The notes below the pieces were generated by a model that was not told the DNA's origin, ran no database searches, and worked only from the letters and a program-made list of their open reading frames with translations. Positions 8,536-15,319 of a DNA stretch of 30,343 nucleotides are shown one piece after another; position 1 is the stretch's first letter; every line of letters starts with the position of its first letter. The DNA is from Candidatus Thorarchaeota archaeon SMTZ1-45 (GTDB lineage Archaea > Asgardarchaeota > Thorarchaeia > Thorarchaeales > Thorarchaeaceae): contig LRSL01000110.1 of assembly GCA_001563335.1 (NCBI GenBank), positions 1 to 30,343 of the forward strand. Reading direction: 5' to 3'. The translations under genes were made by a program, and so were the position numbers.

Positions 8536-9273
8536 TTATCCAGATTTCCTTTTCTTTCTTTCAATCTCTGATCTAAGACTAAGACATGCTCTCATGACTT
8601 GCTCAATTGCTTCCTCCTCTTTGAATGCTTCAAGCATGTCTTCTGCATCATCAAGATTGCCATCAGTAAGAGCCTCACTAAACGCGAGGAGTGTTTCAAG
8701 CCATTCCCATCTAGTCTTTGTTATAATTTTCTTTCCTTTTTCTATTCGCTCTCTGGCTTTGCTCATCTTCTCAATTGTAGCAAAACCCATAGCCGCCAGA
8801 GACAAATTGATTACTGCTCTTTCAGCATTTCCATCATCTATTGCTTTGTCTGCTGCTTTGTCGTAAAGATTTCCCATATTTTCAGCAGCCGTAAGGAAAT
8901 ACTCTCGATTTCCTGTTTTGTAACATGAATATGCTGCCCAGAGGTAGGCTTGCGCAGCAGTTTCTGTCATCCTCTCAAGAAGTGCTTCCTTTGCAGCATT
9001 CTCATAGAGCGTCAGAGCTGTTGAAAAGTCACTTACCTGTCGATATTGCGTAGCAGCTTCGAGATACGCTGTTGCTGCAGCTCTGTGATCATCTTTTTCA
9101 ACTCGGTCCTCTGCGTACATGTGGTAGTACTCTGCGGCTTTCTTAGTCATCTCGAGTACCCTATCGAGAAAACAACTTGCAGCGTTCTTGAATTGGTTTG
9201 CCGCTTGATAGTACTTCTCTGCTTCAAGAAATTCATTAGCCAAGCGTTCCCATTGAGAACATTCGTCTTCCAT
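8536..9273 (-). CDS. SNAP (soluble NSF attachment protein)-like all-helical repeat protein
   Basis: Repeated AAxxY/F hairpins: 'YYQAANQFKNAASCF', 'AAEYY', 'AAATAYLEAATQY', 'ALTLYENAA', 'AAQAYLWAA', 'GNLYDKAA'. At 245 aa it is similar in size to SNAPs. Confidence 0.6.
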   Translation of the reverse strand: MEDECSQWERLANEFLEAEKYYQAANQFKNAASCFLDRVLEMTKKAAEYYHMYAEDRVEKDDHRAAATAYLEAATQYRQVSDFSTALTLYENAAKEALLERMTETAAQAYLWAAYSCYKTGNREYFLTAAENMGNLYDKAADKAIDDGNAERAVINLSLAAMGFATIEKMSKARERIEKGKKIITKTRWEWLETLLAFSEALTDGNLDDAEDMLEAFKEEEAIEQVMRACLSLRSEIERKKRKSG

Positions 9274-9514
9274 GATGTTTCGACCTACCCATGAATTGCT
9301 CAGACAGAATCTTCACCGAGCCCGAACAGGTGATGCGTTAAGTGAATGTGCGCTAGAAAAATGTAGCTCTGATGTAAGAAACTCGATTTTTGGACACATG
9401 AGCTTTACATTTGACAAATGATTGTTTTCATGTCACTTATCTTTTACATTTGTTCACGTATCTAAGCAGTTACCTCATACATCTTATTAATTACAATGAT
9501 TATTTAGCTTACGT

Positions 9515-9526
9515 GTAATTTAAATA
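9515..9526 (+). promoter_or_regulatory. TATA-like box (TTTAAATA) with no downstream annotated gene
   Basis: GTAATTTAAATA lies in an AT-rich intergenic region, ~125 nt upstream of a + strand terminator-like hairpin. Confidence 0.35.
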
Positions 9527-9646
9527 CAGGTTACGCTAATGTTACCTATTGAGTTGTGTAGGTTTCGCGATATGGGAGAGATGAATGAGTAATTCGTGAG
9601 AACTAGCCCTGCTAGCTATACCCTGTTCCAATGAAGGAACTTATCC

Positions 9647-9682
9647 GTCGGGAACATTGTTGTTCCCGACACCTTATTTTCT
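9647..9682 (+). terminator. Perfect 10-bp hairpin with U-tract on the + strand (may also serve hmgA on the - strand)
   Basis: GTCGGGAACA-TTGT-TGTTCCCGAC, followed by ACCTTATTTTCT. Confidence 0.65.
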
Positions 9683-9684
9683 GA

Positions 9685-10947
9685 TTATTTTTCCATCTCT
9701 TCCAATAGTTCTTTAGCCCGTTCAACCTTGACATTTTTTTCTTTGACCAATTTCTCAGCTATAATGTCAACTAGGTCGCCTCGAGCTCCAGCTGTTGCTG
9801 CAACATTACGTGCATGAAGTGACATGTGGCCTTTTTGAATCCCTTCCGAAGCCAATGCTCGAAGAGCCGCTAGATTTTGAGCGAGACCTACACTCGCAAT
9901 GACATGGCCCAGTTCTGTGGCTGTCTTTACTCCAAGTATTTTTACACTCGCCCGAGCAACGGGATGTACTTTTGTGGCTCCACCGACAAGTCCTACAGCC
10001 ATAGGGATCTCGATGCTTCCAATTAGATGTCCATCTGGAGATTTCTCATATTTTGTCAAGGAGCTATATCCATTCAAAGCTGCATAACTATGGGCTCCAG
10101 CTTCAATTGCTCTGAAATCATTCCCCGTAGCAATAACCACAGCATCAATTCCGTTCATAATTCCTTTATTGTGGGTAGAACACCGATAGGGATCTGCTTC
10201 AGCAAATGCCCAAGCTGCAATAATATCATTGACGACTTCATCGCCACCTAGCATCTCCTTATCAAAGGTAGCATGAACACGAACTAGTCTAAACTCAGCG
10301 AGATTGGACAAGATTCGTAGAATGACTCTTCCACCGGTTATTTTCTCAATTCTCGGCGCAAGTGCTTCTGCCATTGTATTAACCGCATTGGCACCCATGG
10401 CATCTCGTGTATCAACGATCAGTTCGGTGACTAACATAACACCAACCTTGGAATCAAAGATTCTCACCCGCAGATCCTTTGCGCCTCCACCAAAACGAAC
10501 GAGGATTGGATCTTGTTCATTTGCAAATGAAATGAGGTCATTCTTGGTTTCCAATATCTTTGATTTTGCGGCCTCCGGATCCAGAACGTTGACGACCTGG
10601 ATCTGTGCTATCATGTTTGGTCCCGTGTCAGTGGCTGAGAACCCCCCAAGGTCTCTCGCCATTCTGGCTGCATTACTAGCTGCAGCTACAACTGAAGGTT
10701 CTTCAATAGCCATTGGGATTAGGTAATCTCTGCCGTTGATGAGGAAATTAGTTGCAATCCCAAGTGGAAGTGTCATTGAACCAACAACATTCTCTATCAT
10801 ATGATCAAGTACTCCCATATCCACCTCGCCAGGATTTATTAATGGTCCCAGGTCCTCATCATCAAGTCCAGTAACTTCTTGCAGCTTCTTAATTCGATCT
10901 TCTCTGGATAACTTGTAGAAGCCTGTAATCCTTGAATCATCAACCAA
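9685..10947 (-). CDS. hmgA: 3-hydroxy-3-methylglutaryl-CoA reductase, class II (bacterial/'degradative' type)
   Basis: ENVVG, EEPSVVAA, DAMGAN, THNKGIMNGI, GNDFRAIEAG and GIQKGHMSLH are class II signatures. TTG at 10947 follows GAGG. The ORF track starts at 10974. Confidence 0.95.
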   Translation of the reverse strand: MVDDSRITGFYKLSREDRIKKLQEVTGLDDEDLGPLINPGEVDMGVLDHMIENVVGSMTLPLGIATNFLINGRDYLIPMAIEEPSVVAAASNAARMARDLGGFSATDTGPNMIAQIQVVNVLDPEAAKSKILETKNDLISFANEQDPILVRFGGGAKDLRVRIFDSKVGVMLVTELIVDTRDAMGANAVNTMAEALAPRIEKITGGRVILRILSNLAEFRLVRVHATFDKEMLGGDEVVNDIIAAWAFAEADPYRCSTHNKGIMNGIDAVVIATGNDFRAIEAGAHSYAALNGYSSLTKYEKSPDGHLIGSIEIPMAVGLVGGATKVHPVARASVKILGVKTATELGHVIASVGLAQNLAALRALASEGIQKGHMSLHARNVAATAGARGDLVDIIAEKLVKEKNVKVERAKELLEEMEK

Positions 10948-11042
10948 TTTTGAAACCTCGTATCGATTATACATTCCTTCTGATTTTCCATAAAAGTTCG
11001 ACCATAGGGTTTAAGACATAGACGAATTAGGATGCTGGATAG

Positions 11043-12569
11043 TTGAGCACGATGAGTTCAGAGCGAGATTTCAACGAAATCATAATGAGTCTAGCTAGGA
11101 AGCGTGGGTTCATTTGGGGCCCATCTCCTGAGATATACGGAGGCAGCTCTGGATTCTATGATCTTGGACCGCTTGGTAAGTTGCTTAAGAATCGACTTGA
11201 GAATCAAATTCGTGCTGCATTTGTTCGTGCAAACTTTTGGGAGGTTGAATGTCCAACCGTAAGTCCTGTTGAAGTATGGAGAGCATCAGGACATTTAGAG
11301 GGCTTCATAGATCCAGTCACACAATGTACAAAGTGTGGTCAAATATATCGTGCTGACAATCTGATTGCAGAAAAATCTCCAGAAACAAACATTGCTGGAA
11401 AAACCCCAGATGAGCTCACAGAAACAATCAAAGAAATTGGCCTCGTATGTCCATCATGTATGGGAAATTTGGGTCCTGTCCAAGCATATAATCTAATGCT
11501 TCAGACTCGCTTGGGATTAGACCAAGAAGCATATTTGAGACCTGAAACAGCAACTTCAACATACCTGCTTTTCAAACGATTTCTCACATTCTTCAGAGAC
11601 AAGCTTCCTGTATCTGTCTTTCAGATAGGGAAAGCATATCGAAATGAGATATCTCCACGACAGGGTATGCTTCGACTCAGAGAGTTCACACAGACCGAGG
11701 GTCAAATCTTTCTTCTTGAAAAGGATGAGATAGACTGGCCACAGTTTAATGAAATTCGAGATGAGAAACTGCCTCTGGTTACATCTCAAGCTCAACAGAA
11801 AGGTAACTATGACCCAGTTCAAACAAAGATATCAGAAGCTGTCAAGAAGAGCTTTTTCCAGAAACCTGCATATGCATGGTGCGTACATCTAGCCTACAAT
11901 ATCTTTCGCCAGATGGGCTTTTCAGATAATAAAATGAGGCTACGTCAACATCTCCCCACAGAGAGAGCACACTATGCTGCGGATGCTTGGGATGTAGAGA
12001 TACACACTGAGAGTTTTGGTTGGGTTGAGTGTTGTGGTGTTCATGATCGTGGTAACTATGATCTCAGTCGTCACCAAGAATTCTCAAAACAAAACCTGAG
12101 CGTTAAGGTAGACAAAAAACCAGTCGTACCTGAGGTGCTTGAAATTGCATTTGGCATTGAGAGACCCTTGTTCTGTCTGATTGACAATTCATTCAGACCT
12201 GAGAGTAAAGAACGTGATACTGACTGGCTTAAGTTTCCTGCAGAAGTAGCTCCTATTCAGGTTGCAGTATTCCCACTTATGGGCAAACCTGAGCTGACTG
12301 ACCCCGCAACAGAAATCTTCAACCAAATCATAGACGCTGGCTTCGTTGCTCAATATGATGTAGGTGGTTCCATTGGGAAGCGCTATAGACGTCAGGACGA
12401 AGTTGGTACTCCTTTCTGTATCACCATTGACTATACAACTATTGAAGACGGGACAATAACTGTGAGAGACCGTGATACGATGGAGCAGGTGCGGGTTCAC
12501 AGGGATAAGCTCAATGATGCATTGAAAGGTCTTGTCCGTGGAAGAATTGAATTTAACTCATTGAAGTAA
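11043..12569 (+). CDS. glyS: Glycyl-tRNA synthetase, alpha2 (archaeal/eukaryotic) type
   Basis: RKRGF...EIYGG...YDLGPLG, YLRPETA, QIGKAYRNEISPRQGMLRLREFTQ, EIAFGIER, and anticodon domain SIGKRYRRQDEVGTPFCITID. Confidence 0.97.
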   Translation: MSTMSSERDFNEIIMSLARKRGFIWGPSPEIYGGSSGFYDLGPLGKLLKNRLENQIRAAFVRANFWEVECPTVSPVEVWRASGHLEGFIDPVTQCTKCGQIYRADNLIAEKSPETNIAGKTPDELTETIKEIGLVCPSCMGNLGPVQAYNLMLQTRLGLDQEAYLRPETATSTYLLFKRFLTFFRDKLPVSVFQIGKAYRNEISPRQGMLRLREFTQTEGQIFLLEKDEIDWPQFNEIRDEKLPLVTSQAQQKGNYDPVQTKISEAVKKSFFQKPAYAWCVHLAYNIFRQMGFSDNKMRLRQHLPTERAHYAADAWDVEIHTESFGWVECCGVHDRGNYDLSRHQEFSKQNLSVKVDKKPVVPEVLEIAFGIERPLFCLIDNSFRPESKERDTDWLKFPAEVAPIQVAVFPLMGKPELTDPATEIFNQIIDAGFVAQYDVGGSIGKRYRRQDEVGTPFCITIDYTTIEDGTITVRDRDTMEQVRVHRDKLNDALKGLVRGRIEFNSLK

Positions 12570-12570
12570 T

Positions 12571-12930
12571 CTAGAAGATGATCTCCTTCCTCATCTTAAC
12601 CTTTCCATTTTCGATTGGAACGCCTTCTTCTTCACAGTGCCTACATCTCCCTTCTGCGCGTTTCTTTTCGCCACCAAAACTACCGTCCTCCTTGACAACT
12701 CGGTGACACCCAACTACAGGAAAGAGTGGATTCTTGTGTAATGAATTAGCCACTGCTCTGTAAGCTTTCGGATTGCCAATCATCTTAGCGATTCGACCAT
12801 AGGTGCTCACTTTTCCTTTCGGAATTTTAAAAGTGGCAGCATAGACTTTGCTATCAAATTCAGTGTAACCAGGAATTGATAGAGTTGCTCGCTTTACATC
12901 CTCTTCAGACTTTATTTTATTGAGATCCAT
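12571..12930 (-). CDS. MGMT/Ogt family O6-alkylguanine DNA-binding/alkyltransferase, C-terminal domain only
   Basis: IPKGKVSTYGRIA, RAVANSLHKNP and active-site-like VGCHRVV. No N-terminal RNase-H-like domain. Confidence 0.85.
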   Translation of the reverse strand: MDLNKIKSEEDVKRATLSIPGYTEFDSKVYAATFKIPKGKVSTYGRIAKMIGNPKAYRAVANSLHKNPLFPVVGCHRVVKEDGSFGGEKKRAEGRCRHCEEEGVPIENGKVKMRKEIIF

Positions 12931-13030
12931 CTTTCATACCTCTAGACTGGATTTGACTGAACTTCCGAGACTGATTTTCGAATATGGCTTTTTCACTCAC
13001 AGCAGCCGAGAGAAGAAAGGAGGTGTCAAT

Positions 13031-13081
13031 TTGCTGAAGATGGGAAAGAGAGATAAGGTTGGTAGCATATCTGAGGTCTGA
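13031..13081 (+). CDS. Candidate 16-aa upstream peptide (MLKMGKRDKVGSISEV)
   Basis: AAGGAGGTG (13017-13025) lies 5 nt before TTG at 13031. The ORF is open to TGA at 13079-13081 and ends just before the USP SD. Confidence 0.35.
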   Translation: MLKMGKRDKVGSISEV

Positions 13082-13094
13082 GAGAGGGTGCTTG

Positions 13095-13544
13095 ATGAGC
13101 GACACCGAACAAAGCGTTGACATCAAAAGTATACTTGTTGCAGTTGATGGTTCAGAACATTCATTGAAAGCAGTACGGTACGCGTGTGCTATGGGTCCTC
13201 CTTTAGGCGCAGAAGTAGTTCTACTTCATGTCGTACCTATGTTAGTATCTGCAACACCTTATCACGACACTGTTTCAGATCAACCCTTTCTAGCTCTTCA
13301 GAAAGTGGGAGAAGACATACTTGCTAGAGCAAAGACAATAGCAAGTGATCTCAATTGTCAAGTTATCGATATGCTATCACATGGTGATCCCGCGGCCAAA
13401 ATAATCGATATTGCTAGTGAGAGGGGAACCGACATCATAATATTAGGTTCTCGAGGTCTCAGCGGCATCCGTAGATTGTTTGTTGGTTCCATCAGTGATA
13501 AAGTTGCAAGTCATGCACATTGTCCGGTAATGATTGTTAGATGA
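13095..13544 (+). CDS. Universal stress protein (UspA family)
   Basis: ILVAVDGSEHS, GDPAAKII, IILGSRGLSG...VGSISDKV...CPVMIVR. ATG at 13095 follows GAGGGTG. Confidence 0.95.
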   Translation: MSDTEQSVDIKSILVAVDGSEHSLKAVRYACAMGPPLGAEVVLLHVVPMLVSATPYHDTVSDQPFLALQKVGEDILARAKTIASDLNCQVIDMLSHGDPAAKIIDIASERGTDIIILGSRGLSGIRRLFVGSISDKVASHAHCPVMIVR

Positions 13545-13574
13545 AATTGAAAGACCCTGATGTGATTCTATCCT

Positions 13575-14831
13575 ATGGTCGTTTCTGAAAGATATGGGAT
13601 TTCAGTTGATATTGGTACTACCAACATCACTATTCACCTCTCCAGTTTGGATTATGACCGACTTCTAAATGAAGTCACTGTCACAAATCCTCAACGTGAT
13701 TATGGTGAGGATATAATCTCTCGAATTGATTTTGCACGAAAACTGGAAAACGCCTCTTTGCTTGCAGAAATAGTTCGTGAGCGTGTAAATGAAGGAATAT
13801 CTCAAATTCTCCAGAGTGCCAATTGTGATCCGAAATCAATTGATTCAGTTGTGATTGTGGGGAATACGGTTATGCACCACTTATTCTTCGGACTCTCAAC
13901 CAACTCGCTTTTAAAGCCGCCCTATAATGCTGAGCATAAGAATTCCATTTTAATCAAGTCCTCAGATGTTGGTCTAGAACTCCATGATAATACTCTCTGT
14001 TACTCACCACCAATCATTGAGTCATTTGTTGGGAATGATGCAGTAGCTATGATGATAGCTAGTGGATTTATCGACTCGGATTCCAGTCTTGTTTCAATAG
14101 ATGTAGGTACGAATACAGAGATAGCGGTTCTCAATAATGGTAAGATTTGGATTGCATCTGCTGCTTCGGGACCAGCTTTTGAAGGAATGTCTATTGAGTG
14201 TGGTATGCCAGGAGAGATAGGTGCAATTTGTAAGGTGAAGATTGACCCGATTACCTTCCAACCTCACTATGATGTCATCGGTGGCGGGAAACCATCCGGT
14301 ATTTGCGGAACTGGAGTGGTTTCTGCAATTGCCACAATGCTGGATACAGGAATATTGTTTGCGAGAGGTTCCTTCAATCGCAGTCGGAATACTCCTTGGT
14401 TGGTCACCAGTGGAACCATTATTCACTACATATTAGCTAAGGCATCTGAAACAACTACTAACTCAAGTATCTTCTTGACGCAACCAGATATTCGAATGAT
14501 TCAGCAGTCAAAAGCATCTATTCGTGCTGCACTCAGTTTAGTTCTTGAAAACGCAAATCTTTCTCCAAATGAAATTTCAACACTATACCTTACTGGTGTT
14601 TTTGGTACTGGTCTTGTTCTTGAAGATGCTATTCGGATAGGTCTTCTACCTGAGATGAATAACGCTGAAATCAAGCAAGTGTGCGGTGGTGCTAGTATAG
14701 GCGCGGATCTTCTGCATAAGTATGAAATTCGAGAGTCTGCTGAAAGACTTGTATCAGAAGTTAATCATATCGAGCTCACAAACAATCCAGATTTCAAGAG
14801 GAATTTTACAGAGAATCTTCCATTTCCCTAA
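13575..14831 (+). CDS. ASKHA-domain ATPase of the RACo/RamA (DUF4445) corrinoid reductive-activator family, without an Fe-S domain
   Basis: VDIGTT, NPQxxYGEDIISRI, GNTVMHH, FVGNDAVA, IDVGTNTEI, AASGPAFEG, GICGTG and DIRMIQQSKA. No ferredoxin Cys motif at either end. Confidence 0.88.
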   Translation: MVVSERYGISVDIGTTNITIHLSSLDYDRLLNEVTVTNPQRDYGEDIISRIDFARKLENASLLAEIVRERVNEGISQILQSANCDPKSIDSVVIVGNTVMHHLFFGLSTNSLLKPPYNAEHKNSILIKSSDVGLELHDNTLCYSPPIIESFVGNDAVAMMIASGFIDSDSSLVSIDVGTNTEIAVLNNGKIWIASAASGPAFEGMSIECGMPGEIGAICKVKIDPITFQPHYDVIGGGKPSGICGTGVVSAIATMLDTGILFARGSFNRSRNTPWLVTSGTIIHYILAKASETTTNSSIFLTQPDIRMIQQSKASIRAALSLVLENANLSPNEISTLYLTGVFGTGLVLEDAIRIGLLPEMNNAEIKQVCGGASIGADLLHKYEIRESAERLVSEVNHIELTNNPDFKRNFTENLPFP

Positions 14832-15316
14832 TAGATGAGTTCATCCTCATGATAAATCTCTCCACGCCTCAGTCTCGAAGATGAGAGTGGTCGTCCATCC
14901 TTTGTTCTCACTCTTGGAACCACAATGATGTGGAATCGTTTAAGGTTATTATCAATACGCATCTGGTTGATGTCAAATGCATTCTGAACAACTCCAATCT
15001 CATCTGAAACAATGAGCGCATCCAAGTCTTTCATTTTATCAGCTCCTCCCTCTGTTGTTTCTATGGGGAAGATGCTTGATCTTTCGATATCAAATTCAGA
15101 TTGGATGAACTTCGTCAGTTCTGCGTATCTCTCATCATATGATTGAATGAGTTTTCTATCACTCTTATACTCCAGCATTCTGTCGGTTGTTAGACCAAGA
15201 GCCACCGTTTTACTAAGTCTGAATGCGGTTCGGATTATGTGCTTGTGCCCTTCGTGCAGATGGTCAAATGTACCAGCAAATACAACCTTATTGTATTGCC
15301 AGCCATTCGACTCCAG
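14828..15316 (-). CDS. coaD: Phosphopantetheine adenylyltransferase, archaeal type; extended 37 codons upstream of the ORF-track call
   Basis: In-frame translation upstream of 15205 gives (L)ESNGWQYNKVVFAGTFDHLHEGHKHIIRTAFRLSKTVALGLTTD, which includes the HxGH motif. Later motifs are LDALIVSDE and LSSSRLRRGEI. The proposed start is CTG at 15316. Confidence 0.9.
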   Translation of the reverse strand: MESNGWQYNKVVFAGTFDHLHEGHKHIIRTAFRLSKTVALGLTTDRMLEYKSDRKLIQSYDERYAELTKFIQSEFDIERSSIFPIETTEGGADKMKDLDALIVSDEIGVVQNAFDINQMRIDNNLKRFHIIVVPRVRTKDGRPLSSSRLRRGEIYHEDELIY

Positions 15317-15319
15317 TGA

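Noticed and set aside
9623-9642. GTTCCAATGAAGGAAC resembles an archaeal ORB (origin recognition box) next to an AT-rich tract
   Set aside because: It is a single copy, lacks the GAAAC/G-string, has no cdc6/orc1 nearby, and is better explained as a small hairpin.
9585-9718. ATG AGT AAT TCG TGA... as a possible selenocysteine read-through ORF
   Set aside because: The extended peptide has no selenoprotein motif, runs through the terminator into antisense hmgA, and I see no SECIS.
2-12569. trpS, alaX and glyS within 12.5 kb as a translation-fidelity cluster
   Set aside because: They are on different strands, separated by unrelated genes and terminators, with no evidence of co-regulation.
12995-13045. 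GCAGCC...GGTGTCAATT...GAAGATG superficially resembles the 3' half of a SAM-I riboswitch
   Set aside because: The 5' P1 AUC strand, kink-turn/P2 and P4 are missing, and the GCAACC core is altered.
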